Source of the DNA: Daphnia carinata
Lineage: Eukaryota
Assembly: GCF_022539665.2 (NCBI RefSeq)
Contig: NC_081333.1
Location: 1,488,001 to 1,552,000, forward strand
Direction: 5' to 3'
DNA length: 64,000 nucleotides
Numbering within the stretch: position 1 is the first letter of the stretch; each line of letters opens with the position of its first letter. Below the pieces are notes generated by a model. The model did no database searches and had not been told where the DNA came from. It saw only the letters and a list, made by a program, of their open reading frames with translations. Of this stretch, positions 52,134-64,000 are shown in pieces. The position numbers and the translations under genes are program-made.

Positions 52134-55100
52134 CTATTCTTCTCCTGGTTGGACTTCCATGATGTTTTCAAATGAGAATGGAACGAAAAGGTATCCAGAG
52201 CCAGCGTAGAATTTGCTCTGAAATTCGACCCTAAATAGACAAACATAACCAATAAGAAAGCACCATTCGCTAACTCTTTATTTGCTTCTTACCAGTGAAG
52301 ACGTAAAGTGTGAAGGAAAGCCGAAAGGCCTTCCATGAGGACGAGAATACTGACTGTCAGAGCAGCCCAAGCAGCAAAGATGAAATATAAAAGAACTCCA
52401 CCATACCAATCCTGGAACATGAGACCTTTGCGCAGCACCATCAGCCACAGAACTTCAGACAGTTCTATAGCATTTTCAAAGAATAAAATAAAAGGAATAG
52501 GAAACAAAATAAACATTGAATTTCTCTTACGGGAGTGCGCCAAACTTAGAGCCCACAGACGCAAATAAGATGCCGTGTGGGAAACGGATCCAAGAACATA
52601 CTCGATAGTATGAATGGCCTAAGATTCAAATTATTAATAAAATTTCCAACCATTTTCCTTTTCTGCGTTTGTTTTAGGATCTTACCTGATGAATCATAAC
52701 ATCGCTAAACTCATGCGGCTCGTCCCCTCCTTCATGGCCATCAGTTTGCGGTACTCCAGCTACTTCCACATCTTCACCTTCAGCAGTTCCATTTTGGTTG
52801 TGTAATGCCTTTAGGGAAAAAAATTACACGTGTCGAATGTGATGTCGAACAGATAAATGTTATTTGAAATTAATGACTCACAGCATGATTTTTCGATTTG
52901 TTCATTTCCATTTTAAACAAAATAGGTTTGCCTAGAAGTAGGACTGGAACCACTAGGACTGCCACGATAATCATTACTTTTTGAAGCGTCACCTGAGCCA
53001 AGCATATTGTAAATAAAGCTGGATCAGATTAATCCTTACTTCAAAAATTAGTTTGCAGTACCTGCCCCGGATACATGTAGTTGTCACAACCATCAAGTGG
53101 TACGGTGTCGTATTTGAACAGTACCATGCCAATAAACGTGATAAGAATCGAAGGTGCGCATCCAGGCGTAAGAGCCTCTGAAAAAAGAAAAGTGTTACAA
53201 GCTCCTCTACTCCCAATCGAAACAAATCAATAAAATCTTACGGTCTTCAGCTCCTGCGTAGTACTTGGTCCACTTGATGAACATCAAAATGCAAAGGTAG
53301 CCGAACAGGAAAACCAAGAAGATGATTTGTGGAATGAACTCGACGAGAATATTCATACTACGGCCGAAATAGCTAAAATAAAATCAAATCACAAACTTGT
53401 AATGCCTTCATTATTGTTTAAGAATATCTTGATGTCAATACCGATGATTCCAAATGCCGAGGATAACACCGAAACCCATGTGAACTACACCGAAAATGAT
53501 GGAAATTTTCATTTTGTATGCGTTCAGATATGGAATCTTATTCTCGGCCATCATCCAGATAGGGTCGACACCAAATGGGTAAGGTGTTTGTCTGTAGTGA
53601 CCATTGGCTTCGTCGGGGACCAACATCGCGGAGTGATGATGTTGCAGTTCTTCGTGCGTTAAGTTAACCTTGTAGCCCGAGCCAAATATATTGACACCTT
53701 TCGAGAAAACATCGTTGTAGATGAATCCGGCATAAATGGAGAAGAGACCCATCAATAACATGATGTAACGACCGGCGAAGCAGATGACCCAAATCTGTTA
53801 TTAACGTGGTGGATAAAAGAAGATTTCTTTTTGATACCAAAAGCTAAATGTTACTTCGCTTTGGATCTTTTTGGCCGCAAGTGGTTTTTCTTTTAGAACC
53901 ATCCAAAGGGAAAAAAGTGTCATCAAGAGACCATGGCCAGCATCACCAAACATCATGGAGAAAAGAAAAGGGAAGCTGACGATGGTAAAAGATGCCGGGT
54001 TCACCTCACGATAGGTGGCAACTCCATAAGCATCTACCAGATTCTGAAATCCAGCGGTGAACTTGTTGGTGCGGTTATAAGTTGGCGGAACCTCTCTCGT
54101 CATCATCCGATTTAAGATTGGGGGAACTGAACTTCCACTGCGTTCCTGTTCAAGTCAATCAGTAAAACTTATAGGCTTGAAACCATTGAACAAAATGCGA
54201 TACAAGATTTCAGTACCGTTCCACGTCGAAGGGACATTTGAATAGTTTCCATATCTACGACTGGTATCCAGCATTCAGCAATCAAACATTTTTGGGTTAC
54301 ATCCAAATTGAACAAATTCAGGGTATGATAGATGGACTGAAAATATAATTTCAAACACAATTTTTAAAGAGAGGCAACCCAGATGCAATTGTTTTGTTTG
54401 TTTTTACCTTAATCTTTCTGACTTTGACAAACCAATTTTTAATATTTTTAGCAGCAGCAACCAAGACTCGATGACGATGGTCCTGTGTTTGGCCCAATAC
54501 GGTATTCAAATCCTCGATACGAGTCATGACACCAATTGCCATTTCACGGCGCTCCGCTGGCGTCTCCGGGCACGGGTAAAGAGTAGCACGGAAGCCCTCG
54601 CAAATTTTCTTCACGCGAGTTTTGAGTTGATCTCCTTGAAAGAAGATGATGAACACTGATTTGTACACCTGATCTCCCTGTAGTCAAAATGAAGAAAACT
54701 GGCTCACTCATTTGGGACAGGATATTATTGTGTAATGGACACTTACAGTAACTGGATCTTCTAGGGCAGAATCAATTTCGGCTTGGCGAAGAAAGACGTT
54801 ACCACGGCAAGCACGCCACAGCATCCTTTCAAATGCAGGAAGACGTTCTCGAAGAATGACTCCAGCGACAAACCTGTATGTCGGAAACGCTACATTACGT
54901 ATTTGCATCTCTAAGAGGTGGAGCGGTGATGGTGGGTACGAAAATGGGCAAAGGGAGAAAAAGTAATAAAATAATAATAATGAAGAAACAAAAAAAAAAA
55001 AAAAAAAGATTAAAAAACCAAAATGATAAGAAAGAAAATAAAACAGCAAAGAACAAAAGAATAAATTTGAAAATATTTGGCGAGAATTTCTCGCTGATCT

Positions 55101-57818
55101 TTCACCTTGATTTGACCTAACATCTTTCGACTTGTTTAATAAAATACGTTAACCATAGATTGTATCATTATGCTGGGCAATAGCGAAATGATATGGCCGT
55201 TGCGTAAATCATCCTTCGTTACCCGAGTTGTTGAGGAGAGGCCACTTGTCTGCTGATCACATCTTCCGGGATCAAGGCTCGAGTCATACTCTCCGTTTCC
55301 ATCAGACTTTCCCGCTATATCAACGTGCAGTTTGGAGTTTGTAAGTGAAGAAAATGAGCGGGCAGAGGAGATAAGAAATACCGAAAAAATTGTAACATAA
55401 AAGCGCACCGTTAACATTTGAAAAAAAATATTAATTTCCATTTCACGGCGCGCCCAGAACATAAGTAAAATAAAATCAGAAAAAAAAAAAAGATTTTGCC
55501 TGAATTTCAATAAGCATTACGCTCGAGAGATAAAAGGTAATAAGCTGTAATTTAAGATGTGTTCTAGGATATGGCATGGGATTGGTTATGGTTTTACAAA
55601 GTAATTTCATGAAGAATTTGAGTCTTTCTGCCAAAATTAAGCATATTCAACCAGCATGAATACTATTGTAAGCGCCAAAAGTAAGCAAATCAACCAGCGT
55701 GGAGGCTGATATTGGATCATTTAATGCGACTGGTTTAACATAGATATACGTTTTAAGAAAATTAACATCTCAAACGCCGAGATAAGCTTAACCCATCACC
55801 GGCAAAGTCAAGCGGGACATATCCCCTAGGTTAGAATAAGAACGAATTCGTTAGTCAATTTCTTGTGCTAAAAAAGGTTCAGAGAGCGAAAAAGTAAGTT
55901 AGGATGGAGACGGACAGAGACTATGGACGGTTGACGAGTTGCCAAGGATGATTTGGCTGCCAGCAAGGTTTGCACGTATGAGTGTCGTATGAATGTTCTC
56001 ATTTTAAATTATTTCAAACGATTAACGTAAAAACTCTAGGTAACGGACAACTAACGAGAAATCCTCACCAGAAAGACAGGAAAGTTATTATGAAAACAAA
56101 CGAAAATAAAGTGAACAGAAACACAAGAGGGTTAATCTAGTTCATCTTAGTCTTCTAATTGCTTAAAAGACAGATGTTGCTATGTTAGAAAACAAAAATT
56201 CACGGAAAAATAATCAATTCGATATAATGCTTGGGGAGCCCATAGAATTAATGGAATTGACTATTTGTCGGTTAGAATACGCAACAGAATGCCAGCTGGA
56301 CTGTTATAGATTTCAATGGAGGATTTTGAATGACTACAATGTACACGTTCTATTCCAAAATGTTTGCTTTCAAAGTGTTTTTTGTTGTATAACTGTCCAT
56401 GCATGGCTTCTAGAATGGTTATGATAGGTTTGTATACCCAAGTTTAAGCACTTGGCCTCCAGTGCGCAGTCCGTCATCGCCGAGCAAGTTGGCATGCTCA
56501 TCTTCGTGACCCGATTCGGCCATCTGTGGACGTATGCCATGCCGATGGGCAGAAGTATGTTTTACTTTTTCTGTGACTTTGTCTTGACTAAAGACAGCTT
56601 CAATCTTGTTTTGTGTTTGTGTTGTTTTGTGTTTGTGTGTTTAGTTCAGAATTGTACCATTCCGACCCAAATGTGCATGCGTATGATATTTTTTTTTTAC
56701 GTTTTCGTATATGCGTGCAGGTAAATGAATTTCAGATTAGCGAGCCAGCGCGCAGGAGCGGAGATATGAGTATGTAGACGCCATGCAAAATGAAGTAATA
56801 AGGGGAAGTCAAGGTAGAATGAGATGCATTAGAAAAGAACCGATGGTAAAAACCGAGAGGCGTGGGAAACATATGAAATGAATAAAACTAGATTAGAAAC
56901 AAGAAAATAAGTAACTGACTAGACATGCGCTCTATGTAAAATCAATTAAATCATTGGCATTATGCAAGCTCAAAGGGATTACCATGAACCAAAAATCAAC
57001 GAAAAACTTCATACCAAAAAAAAAAAAACTGTTAATAATAACAGAATTTTATCAAAAGAATGAATACTGAGATTAATCAGGTTTAGGGAGAAGCTTTCAA
57101 GTTGTTATTAATGTAAACGGTTTCTCTTAATGGTCACCTATTATCCCTCTACATATTGCTTTCATTTTCTGTGATATTGTATAGACATCATATTGAAATA
57201 TGGATAACCAAGATTCCAATATGATGTGCAACACAAAATTGCTCCACAACTGTACCTAATAAAAATGTCAGATTTTTCATACCTCATCAAAGAATGTCTG
57301 GGTCTTACGTAAGATGTGCTTCAACTCAGTCAGCTCGAGAAAGTTTTTCTTGAGTGCCTCAGAATTTTGGTTCACCTCCCTCAATTCATTTTCCAGTTTT
57401 TCAAAAGCTGCTTCCAAATCAATCATCTCTCTTGGTTGAGGGGCCTCTGGGTTCTCTCCAGTGTCCAAAATGGGGATGTCATCTCTCTTGATTTCTTTTT
57501 CAAGATAGCGGAGTTTCCTTTCCATTTCATCACAGCGTCTGACTTCATTGACAAACTTGCGTTGGAAAGCACTAACATCGGGATTCAACTGCAAATCAAC
57601 AAACAAACATGTGTTAATTCTTAATACTCCTGCCTTAATTTGTGCTTTATACACAATTTAATCATTAAGTATACTGGACTAAAGCTTAGGAAACAAGTAC
57701 TCACGTCACGGAATTGGGCAAGTCCTAGTTCTCCCAATTCAGCTACACAAGCGTAAGCAGCCTCGCTCTGCAAGAAGAGCTGACAAAGTGTCATTTCTTC
57801 GCTCCTGAAAAGCGGCAT
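52134..57818 (-). CDS. ATP6V0A1: V-type proton ATPase V0 subunit a (Vha100/ATP6V0A1-like), multi-exon with alternative exons
   Basis: [100 protein letters not shown]. Stop at 52134-52136. Confidence 0.96.
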
Positions 57819-58523
57819 TTTGAATTCGTTGTTTCAAGCCGGCTATCTTTCAGAAGATAAGGGAAAAACTGTTTTAGGTAAAATGACTTTAAGGTGCAAT
57901 TTGGATTTTATCGGCTGGATAACGTCGAGTCCAGAAGGTGCCGAGAAGACTGCCAATCTGGATCGAGTCACGAGATCTGACAGCCCGTTTGAGTCACAAG
58001 ACCAAGTTCAGCTGTTTATCGATTTCTTAGTACAGTAATCGCCGATAGGTGTCTCTGAGAAGCAATTTTTTTAAATTTTCTATTTTGCTGGCGCGCATTT
58101 CAAAACGGTCATACCAGTCTGGTTTGCTAGTTTGTTACGTAATCTTTTATTTTTCCTTATGCAAAAGCATATGATGAACGAAGTTGATATTAATATTTCA
58201 TATGAATCTCGCTTAACACTCCGCTTAACACGTTTTTCGTTATTATAATTCAAATTGGCCAACTTAATTGCTATTTTCTACTCAGTCACTGAAATCAATA
58301 TTATATGCAACACATGTGTAATCGTTCTTTTTCGAGTATACGCACATTCTCAGTTAGCAGGACACGTTTGACACTAGCTGCCAACGCACCAGATCAATGG
58401 GGAGGACATGAAGACATTAACAACAAAACATAGAACAGAAGAACTGAAAAAAAAAAACAAATAACTAAATAAAACAAAACAAAAAATCGGCTTTTTCCAT
58501 TATGTCAACGGAATTTTTATAAA

Positions 58524-60324
58524 TTACTGCTCCTCTTCTTCTTCAACTAATTCCGGTTGAGCTTGGGGGCGGCTACCAGAGCGGCGGTTGGGCGAGTCTT
58601 CACCACGGGAAGGTTTGTTGAATGCGGCTACCTCCTCTTCGGCGTTGGGTGCCTGAAATGCTGGACGCCTCGGTTCAATTCCCTGCTGTTATAGAATAAA
58701 AAACAAAGTTAGTCTCTTGCATAAGCATATGCAGGGAATTGTTAGGCTATACAATGTTAGGCCTCGTGAAACCAATTAAAGCACTTACTCTTCGATTTTC
58801 GTTGCTGATGCGTTCCCGGTTGGGTCTGTCGGGATTGTACCGTTGCTGTTGTGGTTGGCTACGATGGTTCTGGGTTGGTGTTGGGCGCTTGTTGTATTGA
58901 AGATTGGGTTTTTCCGGCTCCACAACATCGGCCATATCATCTCCAGGCTCGTAGCCTTCAGGGTAATAACGATCAGCGTACAAGGTGCTGTTGTTACCGT
59001 CCTCGTCTTGCATGGGCTGGTACAAGTACTCGTTAACGAAGTGGAATTGAGACGACTTTTTGCAGATGTTATCTTTGGTAACCGGCATGCAAATCAGATG
59101 AACCTGCAAGTGCAAACGTAACGGATTGTTATAGGTTTTGACTTGTTCTTTCATTAACTCTTACCTGGTGGAAAGAGGCTCCAGCTGGGCAAAGCCAAGA
59201 ATGGCGAGTGCGATCTTGGCAGTAGTGGAAGATTTCGCATTCGACGGCCTCATCAGCGTAGTAACCGTCCTTCTTTTCAGCGCAGCTAAAGTCCGTCTTC
59301 TGGAGCAACAACTGCAATTTGTCCGGCTTGACTTCTTCCTCTTCCTCTAGCAATTCTTCCTCGTTTTCGGCGGGCTGTTTTACCTGTGGCCGACGTCTTT
59401 CATCCTCCAATCCGTTATTCTGTTAATGGAATGCATTTTTTTTTTTTAAATTTTAATATGGGTCAAATTTATCCAATTATATTTTTATCGCAGAGTTAGA
59501 TGAAAGGCCCACCTGTTGCGGACGGTTGGGTTTGTAGTCGGATGGGTAATTTGGTCTGCGTTGTTGTGTCTGCTGAATTGATGGCTCGGCCCTCTCGTCT
59601 TGTGGTCTGGGGCGGATGCGGATGGGTTTTTCCGGATTCTCTCTTTGTTGAGGACGAACGGGTGCGCGCTGGATGAATTCTTCTGGAAATTCTCTTCTGA
59701 TTTCCGCGGAAGTCAGTAGCTCTTCAGGCTCTTCTTCGGGTTTCGGTTGAGGGCGAGCAGCTTGCGGTATTCCTTGTCTAGCCTGTTGTTGTTGTTGCTG
59801 TTGTTGTTGCTGCTGTCGTTGTTGAGCGGCGGCAATAAATTCTTCCGGCTGTTGACCAATCAAAGAAAGCGGAACGGGTGGTAAGCTTCTTTCCTGTTAC
59901 ATTCACGAAGCAAAAACAATAATCATTAATAACCCGCAGGGTATGTGATGTAAACAGATTTAAATTTGTAACTAACCGGCTGATTTCCCGGAACGAATGG
60001 AGGCCTAGGACCGTTGGATGGACGCTGGAAATTGGGCCCTTGTTGGAAACGCTGCTGGGCTGCTGGCTGGGGCAGCAATGGGCGGTTGTTGGACGGTCCG
60101 GGACCAGCCAGATTCTCGGAAGGCTGTGGTTGCTGTGGGCCACCGAGATTGCCGGCCCTTTGTTGCAACACCTGTTTGGCCTGCTGGGCAGGTGGTCCAG
60201 GGAAGACGAGTCCCGAAGATGAGAATCGCGATGATGAGAAGAGCTGGCGTTCGTTGCGCTCGGCATCAGCTGACACGAGCACGGCTGCGGCAATGAACCA
60301 AGCAGAGACCACCGACAACTTCAT
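58524..60324 (-). CDS. Secreted Pro/Gln/Glu-rich protein with one chitin-binding type-2 (CBM14/peritrophin-A) domain; cuticle-associated CPAP1-like
   Basis: Signal peptide MKLSVVSAWFIAAAVLVSADA. Six-Cys domain FSCAEKKDGYYADEAVECEIFHYCQDRTRHSWLCPAGASFHQ|VHLICMPVTKDNIC. About five exons; stop at 58524-58526. Confidence 0.85.
59783..59824 (-). repeat. CAA/CAG poly-glutamine tract in the chitin-binding protein gene
   Basis: QQRQQQQQQQQQQQ encoded on the minus strand. Confidence 0.85.
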
Positions 60325-60398
60325 GTTGGGATTTATCTCGGGCTAGAATTGGAATGAGTAATTCCCTTCTCGGGTTGGATGGCTGAAGGTGAGCAGAC

Positions 60399-60435
60399 AA
60401 CTGAAGATATTGAGCCAAGACCATCGCCTTATATA
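60399..60435 (-). promoter_or_regulatory. TATA box plus Initiator core promoter of the chitin-binding protein gene
   Basis: Minus strand TATATAAG (60435-60428) and arthropod Inr TCAGTT (60404-60399) at ~31 nt spacing, ~80 nt upstream of the ATG. Confidence 0.75.
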
Positions 60436-62839
60436 CGCGCGTCGAGCTACAGTTCCAATCAAGCTGACGGCACAAGTGCACCGTTTCCAGGTCTTTGTTC
60501 GCTCCCTCCCACAAACCCACCCTTTCCAGAACAGTTGTTAATGCTTCTTATTGCTTGTCCTCATTCAAGAAACGCCTTGCCACGACTTCCAGCACTCACC
60601 TCAAAGTAGAAAAAATAAAATAAAATACGTCCACCATCCTCTCCTCCTTTATGATGGCTAATGTCAGGTATTTTTTTTTCTTGTTTTTGTTTCATTTTGT
60701 TAATATTGCTGTGTGAAGCGGCATGATTATTTTGGTGTCCACATATCATCACGACGAAGAGACGCTGTTACGTCAAGCGTGAATGATAGCCTGGATTGTG
60801 GAGCCATTAGAGAAAGATACTCGAAATATTTTCTCCGTTACACGATGCAACATTTTTTTGTTTTCTTTCGTTAACGATGGATGGATGATGCGTGTGGAAT
60901 GATTCCAGAAGTCAAGAGCCGACCTTCCGTCACGGTCACAACGCTGAATGTTTTTTCTTTTTGTTTAAAAGAAATATTCAAAAATGAATATACGCAGGGC
61001 TGTTAAAACATCCCAACTGGGACGATTACGGTTGTTAGATATCGAGATCCATGAGGAACTTCTTTTTTCTTTTCCCTCATTTTTACTTATAGCATACACG
61101 TGTGACCGGCAATGATGACTACTATTATGATGGATTGTAGCAAAGAGGAAAAAAAAAATATATATATATCGCGACGACCTAACGGACACGTTCTGAAAAG
61201 AAATGGGTCATGAGGTGATCAACTTGCTTGATGCTCTCGCACGTTTATCCTTTTGTCTGCATTTGTTCTGTCTAGTGTGTGCAAGTAATGGCGAGTGCAC
61301 TTACTCGTTATCCTTAACAAAGGAAGAGAACGAATGGCCTCTGCCAAAGTCATCTGATGCCACTAGTCATGTCCTCTACTCATCTTTCTGAAAGGGGCTA
61401 CCGGCATTCACCCTCCGGTTCACTGCACTCTCTCTCCTGTGTCTAACAACGCAACATATTTTTGGCCAAAAAACCGAGCGCATATATTCAGCGTGACTGT
61501 CATTTGAAGTGGTGTGCAATAGCCCCGGCATTTCTGTTTACCACTCATCTAACGGTGCAGGCTGCCGTTCTACTTCAAAAACCAACGACCAACAACCTCG
61601 GTAAGAAACATCCAGACGTTAATACGAACACCTATGTGCCAACGTGACATGTAAAAACTGCCACGTCGGGCTGTTCCAGTCGCATTAAAAATGCTCAAAA
61701 AAAAAAAAAACGAAGAAGAAATTCAAGTTATTTAGAAAATTACCTGCTAGGGTCGTGTAATAGTTTTGATCTCGGCAAATGATGGTTGATCCAGTAACGA
61801 ACGCGGGACACACGTCGTCGCATCAGCCATTTCCAAAGAGGAGGTCCTTGTACTCGACAGCCGTCTGTACCTAATCTGCTTTAATGGCAGACTTGGTTAT
61901 ACATTACTGTTCATGAGTCTTCCAGTCCTTGGCCGTGACATTGCAAAGTCATGAACAATGCATAGAGAATGGAAGGGGGGTCGTTGTTATTGAAATAGAA
62001 CCACAACAGGTGGTTGGTTCGGTATTGCGGTGCGTGTTGAGGTCGTTGTGATGACGTGATATCATCACGGACCTCCCGCGGTAGGTTTTCCTAGGCGAAC
62101 TCAAGACTGATAGTAACCTACAGTGCCTCGAAAAATATAAGAATTAACGCGAGAAGGTAACACAGAATGAAGGATGGCCGCCGGCATGAGTGGAGCTAAA
62201 GGTGAGGAAGACAGTATAAGAACAGAAACAGATTACTTACATGGCCCACATAAGCCAGGTCGTGTCTTATTGGCCTACATTTTTACGCGTAGCCTCAGTG
62301 TGATAACGTTTTATGAATTTCAGTTGTATGAGGTTAGTATAATCTTTGGCGACAATGTTCGTGCTTATTTCACGTCATAATGTAATTAGCTCTTTCTGTT
62401 TTGTTTTGTTTTTCCTTGTCGTCCATCTGTTTCGAAATAGCCGGAGAAATTCGGGTGTTACTTTAAAAGCAAGTTTTTTACTGGAACATCATTCCAGATC
62501 CATTAGTTGTTATTCTACTGGAACTTTCGAATTTTGCTAGTTTTACCTCTTTTTTTTTTCCTTCCTTAAATTGGATCAATGGCTTAATATCAATCGCTGT
62601 TTAGTATTTTTGCCAGGCCAGCAGCTTTTAGGGTCTCTCTTTATTGCTTAAAGCTAATACTATCGCAACAACTATTTTTAAAACGATCCGACCTCATTGA
62701 AAAAAAAAAAGCATTGCAAACAATGTCACCCAGAACATAACCTGTTGTTTCGTTACAATTGACACAAATGATACACACACAAAAAAGAGAGAACAGGATT
62801 TAACCAAAAAAAAGACACTCAAACAAACAGAAAATCTTT

Positions 62840-62872
62840 TGTTGTTGTTGTTTGTGTGTGTGTGTGTGTGTA
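62840..62872. repeat. (TTG)n/(TG)n microsatellite
   Basis: gttgttgttgtttgtgtgtgtgtgtgtgtg is directly visible. Confidence 0.9.
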
Positions 62873-63166
62873 TGATTCACAAAATAGAGCATAATCAAGT
62901 GTGTTTTTATTTACAAAAGACATCAACCAATAATAGAACAAAGAAATTCGAGTTTGTTTGGAGAACAAACCGATGCGTAAAAAGATGGGGGGAGCATTGC
63001 TGATTGGCCAGGAAAAGAGTTTAAGGTCGCAGGTAGTGGACAAGCGGGAATAAGGCTGGGATCCAGCTGGAACGAAAGAATTGGAAAACAAAACAAAAAA
63101 AAAAGGGCCTGCCATTTTCTTTTGTTCGTGTGCGATACGTGCGCAAATTTTTCAATCGTTCAGTGA

Positions 63167-64000
63167 TCACATGTCTTTGCCGTTGTCCCTCACGCGGATG
63201 TTCAACAACTCTTCAATAGGCAAAATGGGATCGTTCGTTGCCATGGTGAAGAACGAATGACGCGGCTTTTCTTGAACTGGAACGGGTTCCTAATCAACAT
63301 TTCAATCTCAATTAAAACAGCTTAATCGCATGAAATCTTTTCATTGTTTTTTTGCATACCTTATCTTCTTTCTCTTCGATGTTGCTATCTACACGTTCGC
63401 TGGACAAGTCCGGCTTGTCCAAGAAAGGCTGACCAGCTGATTCGTAAGCATAACTTTGTTGCTGATGCGTTGGGTAATCCTGTTCCTCTTCAATCGGTTG
63501 TGGTTCGGGATTCTCAATGTCTTTGTCTGTCGCGATGGAAGCCACGCTCACGAGCTCAATCTTCGCAGATTCTGCCTCTTCCTCAGCCTTTGGCATGCTG
63601 GACGTCTCTGTTTTACCAGAAATCTGCGGCTCCGATGTGGGTGGCCATTGGTCAGGTGATGCGAGGACCGAGCCAGACTCTTCTTCATCATCCAATGACG
63701 GTTCGATGATCGGTGCAGCTGTTGTGGTACGAGCAAATTGCCCTGGTCTCATTCTCTTGTTAGGTCGTGGTGGAATACTGGGCATCTCCACCACCTCTTC
63801 CTTAACAACAGGTTTAGGACTGTCTTCCGCTAACAACCTTTCTTCCTCTTCTCGTTGCTGCTTCTGCTGGATTCTTCTTCGAACGAAAGGACTACCGGGC
63901 ATCTTGCCGAAGAGATTCTTCCTGCCAGAAGGCTCTTCTTCCTGGACATCAACTTGAACAGGGGCCACCTCAGCTGTTGGTGTAACCGGCTCTTCTTCTT
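63167..64000 (-). CDS. 3' part of an uncharacterised Glu/Pro-rich low-complexity protein (gene continues beyond the window)
   Basis: Open frame from 64000 to the donor at 63360, then terminal exon 63289-63167 encoding EPVPVQEKPRHSFFTMATNDPILPIEELLNIRVRDNGKDM-stop. Confidence 0.7.

Overview
A gene-dense, AT-rich eukaryotic window with many short (~55-80 nt) GT-AG introns, which suggests a Daphnia-like crustacean/arthropod (inference). Gene models were read by hand from splice sites and recognisable protein motifs; no database searches were run. In order: M14 zinc carboxypeptidase (5' end outside the window), ETFDH, an NRAMP/Malvolio transporter, three dispersed LAP1/LULL1-type torsin-activator paralogs around CTR9, VPS52 and DIS3L2 (head-to-head), an unknown secreted protein, a CENP-E-like kinesin-7, ARL13B, ISCU, an 8-exon divergent histone H2B fused to a ~330-aa acidic tail, a ~6.5 kb gene-poor repeat region, V-ATPase V0 subunit a with candidate mutually exclusive exons, a secreted CBM14 chitin-binding protein, and the 3' end of a low-complexity protein gene. 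The most unusual items are (1) the intron-rich 'H2B + long acidic tail' gene, which lacks the K120 ubiquitylation lysine, (2) a ~345-nt multi-hairpin element with a cUUCGg tetraloop, closed by a perfect 21-bp inverted repeat, and (3) the diverging torsin-activator triplet. Single-base frameshifts in ETFDH and CTR9 are probably assembly errors.
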